Positions 10,309 through 19,716 are shown, numbered from the stretch's first letter. The stretch is 54,755 nucleotides of DNA from a virus (IMGVR_UViG_3300025276_000039:1-54755), one strand, 5' to 3'. Notes: a model not told the origin generated them from the sequence alone. Made by a program: numbers and translations.

Positions 10309-10742
10309 AATGCTCTACGCTAAGTATAATTCTTCTTGTGGTTTTGGTAGTGGCAGGATTAACAACCGGCTGTAGCACACAATGGCATCTCAAGAGAGCG
10401 ATCAAGAAAGACCCAACGATTCTAGTCCAGGACACCGTGATTGTAAGGGACACGGTTGTGACAAATTCGACTGCTGTATTGGATACGGTCACCATCTCAA
10501 AGATCGATACAGTAGAGATAGTAAAGAACAACTTCCGAGTAAAGATTATGCGGAGTTACGACACCCTAATAATAGATGGAGGTTGTGAGGCTGACACAAT
10601 TGTCAGGACAGTCAATGTTCCATTTGAAAAAATAGTATACACTTCTCACGACAAGTGGTACCACAAAATATATAAAGGGTCCTTCTTTATATTGACGGCA
10701 CTACTGCTCTTCTTGTTCGGATACAGGGTGCTCAGGAACTAA
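10305..10742 (+). CDS. Putative unimolecular spanin (lipoprotein with C-terminal TM)
   Basis: Signal peptide ending LTTG-C, DT-rich beta region, C-terminal TM (FFILTALLLFLFGY) and basic tail. Confidence 0.65.
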   Translation: MKCSTLSIILLVVLVVAGLTTGCSTQWHLKRAIKKDPTILVQDTVIVRDTVVTNSTAVLDTVTISKIDTVEIVKNNFRVKIMRSYDTLIIDGGCEADTIVRTVNVPFEKIVYTSHDKWYHKIYKGSFFILTALLLFLFGYRVLRN

Positions 10743-11243
10743 CTCATGAAATCTTGAGTAGCCTCCAAATACTACTGGCCATTCTCTTACTTCTTCAGGT
10801 GTATAATGCCCTACTAAGTATTGACTACTGGAAGTAAACATAATAAAAATCATTTCATCACAGTCCTCTTTCTTCATGGCTGCTTCATTGGCTTTAAAGG
10901 ATCCCTCAGAAGTTTTTATACTAACCTTTTTAACCTCACCATCCTTCATTACTTTCATGTCATCATCATGCTTAATGTCCTTCTTGTTCTTTAGTAGGGT
11001 AGAGACAGCATATCTAGAATACTCAGGGGTTATCTCATAATAATACCTAACCAATAACTCACCTAGAACTCCAACAAATTCTGTATAGTATTCTCGTGTA
11101 ACCTCTCCAAGTAACAGCGATCTTTTAATACCTGTCCTCTGGCGATGGGTTCCTTTATATCTTTCTTTATTGGCGACAACTCTTCTTTGCGCTATGTCCG
11201 CGGCATACTCCCTAAGGTATTGAGGAATATCAACCTGTATCAT
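10701..11243 (-). CDS. Hypothetical protein, possibly PD-(D/E)xK nuclease fold
   Basis: GVLGE...DDD...VSIKTS pattern; the catalytic motif is imperfect. Confidence 0.35.
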   Translation of the reverse strand: MIQVDIPQYLREYAADIAQRRVVANKERYKGTHRQRTGIKRSLLLGEVTREYYTEFVGVLGELLVRYYYEITPEYSRYAVSTLLKNKKDIKHDDDMKVMKDGEVKKVSIKTSEGSFKANEAAMKKEDCDEMIFIMFTSSSQYLVGHYTPEEVREWPVVFGGYSRFHELVPEHPVSEQEEQ

Positions 11244-12235
11244 GCCAGCCCCTCCAGCCTTATCTTGTTTATAGTATGGAGATCATACTCTTTGATGCAG
11301 TGCTCATATAAATTATTGGCTAAGTCTTCTGCCTTATTCAACGTCATTGTTTTGACCGCATCTTTCCAATCCCCAGGAGAACTACAAAGGATTCCTGTCT
11401 TCCCATTTATTATAGCCTGCTTGTATGGTCTTACATTACTAGCGATGATCGCTGTTTTAGTTAGCCCTGCTTCAACAACTTTAAGTTCTGACTTGCATCG
11501 ATTAAACTTACTGTCTAAAAGCGGAGCCAAAGAGACATCGAACTTCTTATAGAGAGATCCATACTCATGAGGTTCAAGTGGCAACAACTTATGCTTCGCT
11601 TTAAGAAAGTCAACGTATGAAACCCCTTTGTCGTTCCAGGTTCCTAATGCCATGCAGTATAACTCATGATCCTCAAACGTCATACCCATAGTTTTTAAAT
11701 CCTCTGAGTGTCCATTGGCACCAAGGTAGCCGAACCGAACTAAGCCCTCAGGGTTTGGATTCTTTTCTTGATCCACCCATTGTTTTTCTTTGGTATATAA
11801 TGTATTAGGAACTACTCTAATCTTAACCTCAGGATTTATTTTTTTCATCCGGTTACCTAAGTACTCAGAAGGTGTCCATATTTCATCCGCAATATTTATA
11901 GTCCCTAAGATATTTTTCTTCTCTGTTTTTTCGTAGTGAGGACGAGCGGGATTATCTTTTGGTATGTCCCAGAAGTCATCATTATCCAGGATCAATTTTA
12001 TATTATTCTTTTTTAGAAAAGATTTAAACTCATTGTGATTAGATACACTGCATCGCCTAGAGATAACCAGGTTACTCACCTTAGTAAGGTCCCACTTTTT
12101 AAGTTCATTAAAGTTATCAAAGTAATGGGTGTTGACTCCTAGTTCTTCTTTGAGTCTTATAAATGGAGTAAGTATCCTATGATAATTAATCCCACTTAAA
12201 CCATCAAGGTAAATCAGGGTCATCATTTCCATCAT
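11240..12235 (-). CDS. GT-B glycosyltransferase
   Basis: LILDNDD, ADEIWTPSEYL, FDVSLAPL..SKFNRCKSELKVVEAG..IIASNV motifs. Confidence 0.8.
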   Translation of the reverse strand: MMEMMTLIYLDGLSGINYHRILTPFIRLKEELGVNTHYFDNFNELKKWDLTKVSNLVISRRCSVSNHNEFKSFLKKNNIKLILDNDDFWDIPKDNPARPHYEKTEKKNILGTINIADEIWTPSEYLGNRMKKINPEVKIRVVPNTLYTKEKQWVDQEKNPNPEGLVRFGYLGANGHSEDLKTMGMTFEDHELYCMALGTWNDKGVSYVDFLKAKHKLLPLEPHEYGSLYKKFDVSLAPLLDSKFNRCKSELKVVEAGLTKTAIIASNVRPYKQAIINGKTGILCSSPGDWKDAVKTMTLNKAEDLANNLYEHCIKEYDLHTINKIRLEGLA

Positions 12236-12437
12236 AGAACTCTAAGAGCGCAGCACGGACCATATCAAACTCCATGTCTATGTCTCTCTTGTATTTGCGG
12301 ATTGTATTATGCAGTCTCTCTGCGTCAACCCTTGGCTTCCCTCCTTCGTCATGCAGATTCTCGTACAGGTTTGTTGCCGAATTGTGCATTCTAGATGTTG
12401 CTAGGAAGTATGTCTCACTCAACGACTTTGTATCCAT
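12204..12437 (-). CDS. Hypothetical protein
   Basis: 77-aa ORF overlapping both neighbours in the operon. Confidence 0.7.
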   Translation of the reverse strand: MDTKSLSETYFLATSRMHNSATNLYENLHDEGGKPRVDAERLHNTIRKYKRDIDMEFDMVRAALLEFYDGNDDPDLP

Positions 12438-12795
12438 GTCCTTTTATAATTGCTACAAATTGATTCTTCTCTAATGTTTCATCGTACGTTGTTGACTGGC
12501 CCGAAAAATATTTAGGGGAATCATCAATAACATAGCCGTGGTTTCTAAGGTAATCAGCCATAAATTTGCAACAACATATAGCATTGTCAACATCATAGCG
12601 ACAATTATACTTAACATCAATCCTAAATTTGTCCATAGTGAAGTGATCAAATGAATCAAGCGCACTCTTGATCTCCTCCCAGTACTCGGCTTTGTGTTTA
12701 GTTCGTATCGCGAAATGCCCGCCCGCATAAAACTTATTAAGCGAGACTGGCTTCGGTAAAAATACCGTAATCTCTTGATACCCATTTTCTTCCAC
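12415..12795 (-). CDS. rusA: RusA-like Holliday junction resolvase
   Basis: PVSLNKFY...RYDVDN...K..AD.L...VIDDS matches the RusA motif pattern. Confidence 0.75.
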   Translation of the reverse strand: MEENGYQEITVFLPKPVSLNKFYAGGHFAIRTKHKAEYWEEIKSALDSFDHFTMDKFRIDVKYNCRYDVDNAICCCKFMADYLRNHGYVIDDSPKYFSGQSTTYDETLEKNQFVAIIKGHGYKVVE

Positions 12796-12800
12796 ACTTA

Positions 12801-14594
12801 CTAATGTAAGTCCAAAAGTTTCGTATTCAAAGAAAAAGTTGGAAAACTTTTCTCTCCGGTCCCAACCATACTGAAGCCTGTGCGTGTTGAATTGATCCTC
12901 ATAAGTATAGGTCCATCAAAAGGAGTAGGGGATCCTCCGGTTTCCTGGTTTCTCATTTTTCTAATGTGAATCTCTACGGTACTACGGATATCATGATCTG
13001 GAGAAGCAATTTTTCTGTGGAACGAGGCAAAAATATCTGAACGATTCACCATCTTGCCCCCACCTTCTGTGTCCTCAGCAAACGGAGCCATTTGTAATCC
13101 ATCAGGACCTTTTCTTCTTGCGGCCTCTGTTATAGCGTGAGTGTTTAACCATACCGCAAGATCATTCTTGTTAGAGAAGGTAAGCAACTCACTAGCCGCT
13201 TGATAATGATACTCGTGACTAGACAACTCAGCACCCTTCGACATAGTAATCTTCAGCGAATTGTATGGGTCAATAAAAAATCCATCATACTTCTCTTGTC
13301 TAATTAACTTCTCAGCAAACACAATTAGATCAGTATAACTATAGACCTCATCATTACTTATAATAGTAAAGTGTTTGTTCACCCACTTGAATGCCTCTAC
13401 CCTTTCCTCATAATGCATCTGATCAATAGGTATGTCCATTAGAAATTCCATAAGTCTCATCTTTAAGGCCGCTGTTTTATTTTCACTAGAGTATATTATC
13501 CATCTCCAATTATGAAGGACAGCGGATGCTACCATAAGGTACAGGCCCATGGTTGTTTTACCTACATTACTATGCCCATTAAAAATGGTGAACTCTTTTT
13601 TAAATAGAAAATAGTTGTCTAATTTTTTAAGTCCTGTACTTAATCCTTTAGGAATCTCTCCTCTCGCGAACTTCTCTATCCATTCCCTATCACTATCGTC
13701 TGAAGATATAAAGGACATGTCTCCATCAAGGATAAGCATCTCTCTTTTGATCCTTTGCTCATCATCAATCACCTCACGTATAGGCATCATCTTACCTTGA
13801 ACAAGACCATCGGAGATTGTCCTTTTGGCTTGGTCCATATCCTCTACCGTATCTCTTTGCTCTAATTCCCGGAGCATTATCCTTACTGCCTCCTCTTCTT
13901 CCATCCTTCCCGCGGATATGTATCCACCACAAAGAATAGCGGCCCTTAGTAATATGACATGCTTCTCCCCTTCCTCTGCTTTACGTAGCATGTGAGCAAC
14001 TATGTCTATCTTCTCATAGTCGGTAAGTACTTTCTTCTCTACCCTTTCCTCTGCTTGTACAGATTCAGATAGCATGTGACCAAATATTTTACAGTCCTCC
14101 TTACTTATAATGTCCGGGTCATAACTTTCAAAACAAGCCCTTGCTTCATTGACCCCTGATGCGTCAACCTCTAAGCCATAAGTCTTATCAAAGTATGCTT
14201 GGAGTCCTTTGAAATGATCCCGATGACGCTCCGGGTTAGATATCTTAATTAAAACTTTAAGACCATCCCCTGATGGAGATACCCAACAGGCTCTAACAAA
14301 ATCATCAGTACCAAGTAAAGACTTATATAGTTCTACATCTATATGGTCGAAGTCAAGTATAATATTACCACTGTGCCCTTGTATGTCATCATCACGCCTT
14401 CCAGTAAAGACCCCAGAGAATAAGGCAATAGGTAATGTTTTCTTTAATGCCGTCTCACCATCCCTAAGTTTGTCAATTGTTTCTTTATTCTTTCCCTCTC
14501 GTATACGATCCAATGCAGTCGACAGCGGAAGGTAGTGTGGCTCTGTTGTGTTCGTTATAGACCCGAACATGGTGATCATTTCATTTGAACTCAT
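12801..14594 (-). CDS. Primase (BT4734/VirE-N-like AEP) - RecA/DnaB-type helicase fusion
   Basis: LDFDH and WVSPSGDGLK (BT4734-like); Walker A GHSNVGKT; Walker B FFIDPYN; ATG 14594 preferred over the track start. Confidence 0.85.
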   Translation of the reverse strand: MSSNEMITMFGSITNTTEPHYLPLSTALDRIREGKNKETIDKLRDGETALKKTLPIALFSGVFTGRRDDDIQGHSGNIILDFDHIDVELYKSLLGTDDFVRACWVSPSGDGLKVLIKISNPERHRDHFKGLQAYFDKTYGLEVDASGVNEARACFESYDPDIISKEDCKIFGHMLSESVQAEERVEKKVLTDYEKIDIVAHMLRKAEEGEKHVILLRAAILCGGYISAGRMEEEEAVRIMLRELEQRDTVEDMDQAKRTISDGLVQGKMMPIREVIDDEQRIKREMLILDGDMSFISSDDSDREWIEKFARGEIPKGLSTGLKKLDNYFLFKKEFTIFNGHSNVGKTTMGLYLMVASAVLHNWRWIIYSSENKTAALKMRLMEFLMDIPIDQMHYEERVEAFKWVNKHFTIISNDEVYSYTDLIVFAEKLIRQEKYDGFFIDPYNSLKITMSKGAELSSHEYHYQAASELLTFSNKNDLAVWLNTHAITEAARRKGPDGLQMAPFAEDTEGGGKMVNRSDIFASFHRKIASPDHDIRSTVEIHIRKMRNQETGGSPTPFDGPILMRINSTRTGFSMVGTGEKSFPTFSLNTKLLDLH

Positions 14595-14865
14595 CTGAAT
14601 AATTTTTATCTTTATAATGTGCTGATGCACCTACTTCTTTTTGACTTACTATGTTAGTTACACGCAGACTTAGATAATTTTTTAACTTCATCCGGTCGGC
14701 AATGCTTGTTATAACATCTTTATTCCTGTTCATGTGTCCTATTGTCTTGGCTCTAGACACTAAGGAAATGTTGCGTACTCGATGTGGTACCGGAGGCTTC
14801 TTGCCTCTACTCTTTTTTATATATATCACATCAACCAAATAATAATAAATGGTTTGACCACTCAT
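14581..14865 (-). CDS. Basic hypothetical protein
   Basis: ATG 14865 overlaps the upstream stop codon. Confidence 0.6.
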   Translation of the reverse strand: MSGQTIYYYLVDVIYIKKSRGKKPPVPHRVRNISLVSRAKTIGHMNRNKDVITSIADRMKLKNYLSLRVTNIVSQKEVGASAHYKDKNYSDEFK

Positions 14866-15350
14866 ATTATCCTCTCCTTCTCTATGACTTGATGCTGTCT
14901 CCATACAGGATAATCGTCTACCATAATGACTAACCTCCACTTCATCTCTCTCATTTCAGATTCTTCTGGAATATTAAAGTAATGATTCAAGACTCCCTTA
15001 CCATTCATGTAAGTCATGGCATACAATTCATGCACCCTTGCTTCAGAATTATTGTTGATCCTACTCATGTATGCATCATGGTTACTAATATGATGTTGCA
15101 CAGTACAATGTGCCTTATCAAATCTGTCGCCAAGTTCTTGGTATGTTAGTAAGGTTCGTTCTCTTACATACTTCCAAATCATTGATCTTGCTTCGACCAC
15201 TGACCTCTTGCGTGTCCCGGAGTATAAATCTTTAGGGGTTACTTTATTTACCGCTGAAAATATTTCAACCGCTTTAGTAAATAAGTGTTGAGATTCTATG
15301 TGTCTGTGCAATCTTTTATCTTGCATAACCTCCTTTAGTTTTTGTGGCAT
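14862..15350 (-). CDS. Stand-alone DnaA C-terminal (domain IV)-like HTH protein
   Basis: SGTRKRSVVEARSMIWKYVRE.T.LTYQELGDRFDKAHCTVQH resembles DnaA R...I..AR...L.R....SL..IG..F.RDHTTV.H. Confidence 0.8.
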   Translation of the reverse strand: MPQKLKEVMQDKRLHRHIESQHLFTKAVEIFSAVNKVTPKDLYSGTRKRSVVEARSMIWKYVRERTLLTYQELGDRFDKAHCTVQHHISNHDAYMSRINNNSEARVHELYAMTYMNGKGVLNHYFNIPEESEMREMKWRLVIMVDDYPVWRQHQVIEKERII

Positions 15351-15366
15351 TATATTTAATTTAGAA

Positions 15367-15543
15367 TTAATATATAGGATTGTTTGGAAGTATTACGTTA
15401 TCATACCAATGATTGACACCCTCTTCGGTGCCTGAAAAAACTACTAGACCCCTTCTTTTTAGGTGCCATGCCTTATGTTTTTCACTATAAGTAATGGTAT
15501 AGTTACGATGAATGCTTTCCTTTTTGAATTCTGAGTATGGCAT
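15367..15543 (-). CDS. Hypothetical protein, 58 aa (not in track)
   Basis: MPYSEFKKESIHRNYTITY...NNPIY fills the operon gap. Confidence 0.6.
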   Translation of the reverse strand: MPYSEFKKESIHRNYTITYSEKHKAWHLKRRGLVVFSGTEEGVNHWYDNVILPNNPIY

Positions 15544-15670
15544 GTTGTCGTTTTCTTTTAAGCCATCTCACATACATCTTCCCTGCAAGAGCAGTGCGTT
15601 GCGGGTAATAACTTATGTTCTTACGCAATTGAGCATTCGCAATTCGCATAAACTTTTCCAAGTCTTTCAT
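15503..15670 (-). CDS. Small basic hypothetical protein
   Basis: MKDLEKFMRIANAQLRK...; ATG 15670 preferred. Confidence 0.6.
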   Translation of the reverse strand: MKDLEKFMRIANAQLRKNISYYPQRTALAGKMYVRWLKRKRQHAILRIQKGKHSS

Positions 15671-15790
15671 ATATCTGAGAATGAATATTGTTATTGAAAG
15701 AATCAAAACCCCAGGAACTTCATGCTAAGACGACCACCCATGATATTTAACAATGATAGCAATCCGCTCCAGGGATAATGATAAATAAAT

Positions 15791-16075
15791 TTAGAAGGGT
15801 AAATCTTCTTTGCTTTCCGCTACCGCTTTCGCTGCATTATTCTTTGCGTACTTAGCGTTGTCAGGGTGACGAGGATTAAACACAGATATGAAAGCAGATC
15901 CATCAGTCTTCATAACTAAATCCATGTTGACATTACCGGCTTCACTAGCGAATTTTTTCATCTCATCTAGTTGTTCCGTACGAAACGAGATCGGGAACTT
16001 GCTCACACCGCTATCGTATACCTTCTTTTCGCCTACATATCCAATGTACACGTCCTTTTTTGATTGATTCTCCAT
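15791..16075 (-). CDS. Putative single-stranded DNA-binding protein
   Basis: Small beta-rich protein with acidic EDLPF tail, next to recombination genes. Confidence 0.6.
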   Translation of the reverse strand: MENQSKKDVYIGYVGEKKVYDSGVSKFPISFRTEQLDEMKKFASEAGNVNMDLVMKTDGSAFISVFNPRHPDNAKYAKNNAAKAVAESKEDLPF

Positions 16076-16086
16076 GATAATAAAAA

Positions 16087-16869
16087 TTAAATTTCCCCTT
16101 GAATATAAAAATGCGTAGATGGCTTATCGCTTAGAGCGTAATCTTTGATTACATTCAGTGCGTGTTCCACCTTTCTACGGCCTGAGTCAAGAGTATCCTC
16201 AGAACATTTTAATGCCATTGGCAGGTATGGGTAAAATTTGTTTTGCGCCAACCAGTAATAGTCATCTATACCAAAAGCCTTGGTATATAGATATGCTTGG
16301 ACATCATAGCCCATACTTTTTACATCACGTTTGAAGGCCCACATATTGGAGGCTCGTGTACTTTTCAGGTCCGTTATAAACCCATCACCTAACACATCTA
16401 GAAATCCTCTAAATGGAATGACATGATTGCCTATTTCTAATTCTTTGTTGAACTCTACCTGATATTGTCCTTTGAGATAGATCTCTCGTACCCCACTATC
16501 CTCAAGCCTAGTAATCATATCGATTGCTTGCTGATGTTCTTCAGCAGACAGGTGTCTTTTACCTACAGACAACGCTTCTTGTTCCTTAAGCCATTCTTTA
16601 TATACCTTAGTTGCTCTAGGGTTTTTACCACCTATCTCTCCAAGGATTTCTTCCTCTTCAAGAACAAAGAATTGATTATCGAATTCATCCGGGGTAAATA
16701 ACATAACATCAAAGGCGGCACCAAAAGTAAATGCCTGAGAATCTTTCTTCATCTTCCCCTGTAGGTACATCTCTCCTTTTACTACATCATCTAGGAAGTG
16801 TTTAACAGACGAGTAAGACAGATACTTTTTCTGAGTCTTCTGAATTACCTTTTCAAACCAAGGACTCAT
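16087..16869 (-). CDS. RecE/exonuclease VIII-like PD-(D/E)xK exonuclease
   Basis: YLSYSS, FG.AF, FRGFLD, ITDLKST, YDVQAYLY motifs. Confidence 0.85.
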   Translation of the reverse strand: MSPWFEKVIQKTQKKYLSYSSVKHFLDDVVKGEMYLQGKMKKDSQAFTFGAAFDVMLFTPDEFDNQFFVLEEEEILGEIGGKNPRATKVYKEWLKEQEALSVGKRHLSAEEHQQAIDMITRLEDSGVREIYLKGQYQVEFNKELEIGNHVIPFRGFLDVLGDGFITDLKSTRASNMWAFKRDVKSMGYDVQAYLYTKAFGIDDYYWLAQNKFYPYLPMALKCSEDTLDSGRRKVEHALNVIKDYALSDKPSTHFYIQGEI

Positions 16870-17480
16870 GACTTGCTACCTGTTACTGCACCTTCTAATA
16901 ATTTTGATTGACGAGAATCAGGAGTAAACTCCATCCTCTTTACGATGATTGTTTTTCTTTCGTTTCTTTCAGGTACAGTCTTCCCATCCATAATGTAATT
17001 TACTGCCTGAATTACCTGTTTACTTTTCTCATTCTCCGATATCTCTTTAACAGCGGAAGGTTTAGCCTCAGGTGATTTCGTTTTAACAGGTTTAGTGGCT
17101 GTCTTTTTTCCTGTGATACCTTCTTGATCTTTAGCAATAGCAATCTCTACTTCATCTGCTGATGCCATAGATGTGTCGATACCAATAGCCAACATCGCCA
17201 ATGCCCTACCTACTGCTGATGTCTCACAGTTCTCTATGTATGAAGTCTTATTAATATAAGATGCTTCCTGGACCTCATGCGCTAGTCCTGTGGATTTAAT
17301 GATTCCTTCGGAGTCTTTTATAGTAGTCTTCATTACTACTTCTCCACCATCCATTGAAATGATTTCGGTATCTATTGACCAACCTTTATATTCAGGGGCA
17401 AGTCTAAAATACTTTACTCTCTCGGTTACTTCAACGTATTGTTTTCCTTTTACGTTAGTGGTTTTAAATTGGTAAGCCAT
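16866..17480 (-). CDS. Rad52/Sak-like single-strand annealing protein
   Basis: KGKQYVEV.ER, TGLAHE, ENCETSAVGRAL; paired with the exonuclease. Confidence 0.75.
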   Translation of the reverse strand: MAYQFKTTNVKGKQYVEVTERVKYFRLAPEYKGWSIDTEIISMDGGEVVMKTTIKDSEGIIKSTGLAHEVQEASYINKTSYIENCETSAVGRALAMLAIGIDTSMASADEVEIAIAKDQEGITGKKTATKPVKTKSPEAKPSAVKEISENEKSKQVIQAVNYIMDGKTVPERNERKTIIVKRMEFTPDSRQSKLLEGAVTGSKS

Positions 17481-17521
17481 GGTATATTATTTATAAATTT
17501 AATTAATGGGAAGTTACAATG

Positions 17522-17656
17522 TTAATTTCTTTTGAACAAATTATAAGACAAATCTTTTGCGATTCCCTTATCTAATTCTTTAGGATTGGCATAGTATATA
17601 CTCTTGATGTATAGCATCCAATCAATGTAGGATTTACAGACTTTTTTATTTGTCAT
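17522..17656 (-). CDS. Hypothetical protein, 44 aa (not in track)
   Basis: ATGA-coupled to the upstream ORF. Confidence 0.4.
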   Translation of the reverse strand: MTNKKVCKSYIDWMLYIKSIYYANPKELDKGIAKDLSYNLFKRN

Positions 17657-17817
17657 TGCAGTAATGAACTAAGTCCAGTAACTATTAGATAGCATATTGA
17701 AAATGGCACACCATACATAAGAGTAAATGCAATTATTTCAAGTAACACCGAGGGTCTCTTCCTTGGTTCAAAATCCTGTGGTGTATATTCTCTTCCTTTC
17801 CAGTCTTTTTCATTCAT
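17653..17817 (-). CDS. Small membrane protein, 54 aa (not in track)
   Basis: MNEKDWKGREY... with C-terminal TM; ATGA overlaps on both sides. Confidence 0.6.
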   Translation of the reverse strand: MNEKDWKGREYTPQDFEPRKRPSVLLEIIAFTLMYGVPFSICYLIVTGLSSLLQ

Positions 17818-18005
17818 GATATAGTATGTGTTATGTTATTAATTATCTTTTGATTAAACTTTTTGTCGAGGAATCGCAGTCTTTTCTGCATGTGGTGTAC
17901 TTCACCCCTGACCATGGTGGAATTCATCACGTCAGGTAAGGTATAGAAAAATTCTAAATCCCGATTGATGTCCTTGATTATTTGCTCAACTGATTCGTCT
18001 TTCAT
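17814..18005 (-). CDS. Hypothetical protein
   Basis: Tightly packed early-operon ORF. Confidence 0.65.
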   Translation of the reverse strand: MKDESVEQIIKDINRDLEFFYTLPDVMNSTMVRGEVHHMQKRLRFLDKKFNQKIINNITHTIS

Positions 18006-18006
18006 A

Positions 18007-18222
18007 CTAAATAGGGTTTTGTTTTTTATAATCTCTCTCCCAACATAAGGCCAGTTTTTTTACTTCTCTATTATCTAGCATCAATTCCAGGCCATTGGAT
18101 AGAATAAATACTGATCCTCCTGCATGATGTGCCCTTATGTTTTTATCCTTTAAGTAAACTACGGCCTTGATCGGATGTCGGTTACCTTTCCTCTCTTCAT
18201 ATGTGCTCCTTAAGTTATCCAT
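18007..18222 (-). CDS. Hypothetical protein
   Basis: Tightly packed early-operon ORF. Confidence 0.65.
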   Translation of the reverse strand: MDNLRSTYEERKGNRHPIKAVVYLKDKNIRAHHAGGSVFILSNGLELMLDNREVKKLALCWERDYKKQNPI

Positions 18223-18223
18223 A

Positions 18224-18445
18224 TCAAATAAAGTCTAGTTCAATGTCCTCCTTAAATTTCCTCTCGTCCTGAACAAGTAACAGCGCATCCTGTAACCGCT
18301 TCTTTAGTTTAGATTGTTTCTCCTCATGCAGGGCATGGGATATCTCAATTATCTCTGGAAGATTATCGTATAACAATTCATTGTTTACCTTCCCATTTTT
18401 TGTAATGATCTTAATTATTAGGTTTAGTTCTTCTTGATTTCCCAT
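18224..18445 (-). CDS. Hypothetical protein
   Basis: Tightly packed early-operon ORF. Confidence 0.65.
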   Translation of the reverse strand: MGNQEELNLIIKIITKNGKVNNELLYDNLPEIIEISHALHEEKQSKLKKRLQDALLLVQDERKFKEDIELDFI

Positions 18446-18446
18446 G

Positions 18447-18602
18447 TTAATCTATTTTATTTATCTCTACATAATTAAACTTGTTGTAACATTCCTTTGA
18501 GCAAAACAATGTGGTGGATTCGTACTCACATTCTAGGCAGTACCCACTGCCCTCCTCTGTATAGGGATTCCCTTGGTCTAGTCCTTCGTCGTGGTTCATC
18601 AT
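18447..18602 (-). CDS. Small zinc-finger protein, 51 aa (not in track)
   Basis: YCLEC...FCSKEC treble-clef-like motif; TAATG coupling to the upstream gene. Confidence 0.7.
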   Translation of the reverse strand: MMNHDEGLDQGNPYTEEGSGYCLECEYESTTLFCSKECYNKFNYVEINKID

Positions 18603-19183
18603 TAGTTCCTTACAATTCCCCAAACGATCGCTTGGAATTCATACCCTCTCACACCTACCATCTCTGCACATTTCAATGTTAGTTTTTCTAATTGCTTGTA
18701 CCTAAGTGGTGTCAATCCTGATTCAATAGTCTTACCAAAACATGCCCTTAAATGCCAGACATCTATAGTCACCTTGCTATCATCTAGTTCAGCGATATTC
18801 TTAACAAAGGAATAGGTCTTTGGTGATGCCTGATCGATTCCTCTCTCACCTCTGGCGATCTCAAATGCTTTGTTCTTATTGTTATTGAAGGTACATACCT
18901 TGACATCTTCGGGATTCATCCCCTTATTAACCGCTTCTAGAACAGTCCTCGTGTCAATTATATTTCTCTCCCATTTATTCCTTGGACTCAATGCACTTAT
19001 TACTTGTGCAGCAACAGCGGGATCATAGCCTAATTGCTTCCCCATGTTCCTACACATTTGGTTAGCGGTCTTGTACCACTGCATTCCATCTTCTGTATGT
19101 TGGTCTGTACGTGTTTCGTACATCTTTAAAAGATTATTTTTGATCTTTCGCAAGTGATAAGGTGATAAGGATTTGATTTTCAT
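18602..19183 (-). CDS. Conserved phage protein, DNA-glycosylase-like (DUF7178-like)
   Basis: WY...ISALSPRNKW.RN...PKTYSF...VTIDVWH.RA...QAIVW pattern. Confidence 0.6.
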   Translation of the reverse strand: MKIKSLSPYHLRKIKNNLLKMYETRTDQHTEDGMQWYKTANQMCRNMGKQLGYDPAVAAQVISALSPRNKWERNIIDTRTVLEAVNKGMNPEDVKVCTFNNNKNKAFEIARGERGIDQASPKTYSFVKNIAELDDSKVTIDVWHLRACFGKTIESGLTPLRYKQLEKLTLKCAEMVGVRGYEFQAIVWGIVRN

Positions 19184-19217
19184 AATTAAAAGGATTTGGT
19201 TTTGGTTTTGGTTTCTC

Positions 19218-19234
19218 GTACGTATATAAGTTAG
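19218..19234 (-). promoter_or_regulatory. Repeated early promoter/operator motif CTAAnTTRTATACGTAC, copy 1
   Basis: 17-nt motif also at 20201 and 21389, each followed by an AACCAAA-rich leader. Confidence 0.75.
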
Positions 19235-19236
19235 GA

Positions 19237-19440
19237 CTATTTTATTAATTGCTCCACTTTATGGGGATCGGTTGTCCCGAATCGTTTCTCATATGTTTTT
19301 AACATAGCCGTGATGGTGTCATATAGGGCCGAATCTTCAGGCAGGGACATATTCTCATTTCTTCTTTTCTTTAAGGAAAATAATTCTTTGTTGAAAATAA
19401 TCAGTGTTTGAATCTCGGTTAAACCTTTAGGTAAAATCAT
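19237..19440 (-). CDS. Hypothetical protein
   Basis: MILPKGLTEIQ...; ATG 19440 preferred over the track start. Confidence 0.6.
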   Translation of the reverse strand: MILPKGLTEIQTLIIFNKELFSLKKRRNENMSLPEDSALYDTITAMLKTYEKRFGTTDPHKVEQLIK

Positions 19441-19549
19441 AATAAAATATATAAATGAAAATTGAATAGATAGCCACATAGTATGCTAATAAGGTGGTGA
19501 GTAGGCCAATTATCCCCACCGCTAGCGTCATTCTTGGTTTTAATCTCAT
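19427..19549 (-). CDS. Small membrane peptide, 40 aa (not in track)
   Basis: MRLKPRMTLAVGIIGLLTTLLAYYVAIYSIFIYIFYYDFT; ATGA-coupled. Confidence 0.55.
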   Translation of the reverse strand: MRLKPRMTLAVGIIGLLTTLLAYYVAIYSIFIYIFYYDFT

Positions 19550-19716
19550 GCCCTCATGGCGTTAATGTATTCTTGATGTTGTGCAAGGAATTTAGACTTG
19601 TATTTCGGGTCAGTCATTGCCAGTGATAGTTCCCTTATCCAATCTTCATTTCGCATCAGACAATTATTGCGATCAACTTCATACATATAGGTTAGCATCT
19701 CTTCAATATCATTCAT
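19546..19716 (-). CDS. Hypothetical protein, 56 aa (not in track)
   Basis: MNDIEEMLTYMYEVD...; ATGA overlaps on both sides. Confidence 0.65.
   Translation of the reverse strand: MNDIEEMLTYMYEVDRNNCLMRNEDWIRELSLAMTDPKYKSKFLAQHQEYINAMRA

Noticed and set aside
10382-10588. Embedded ORF as an o-spanin
   Set aside because: No signal peptide or lipobox; the host ORF already has u-spanin topology.
19484-19527. Imperfect inverted repeat as an ncRNA
   Set aside because: It lies inside a coupled 40-aa membrane ORF and matches no RNA motif I recognise.
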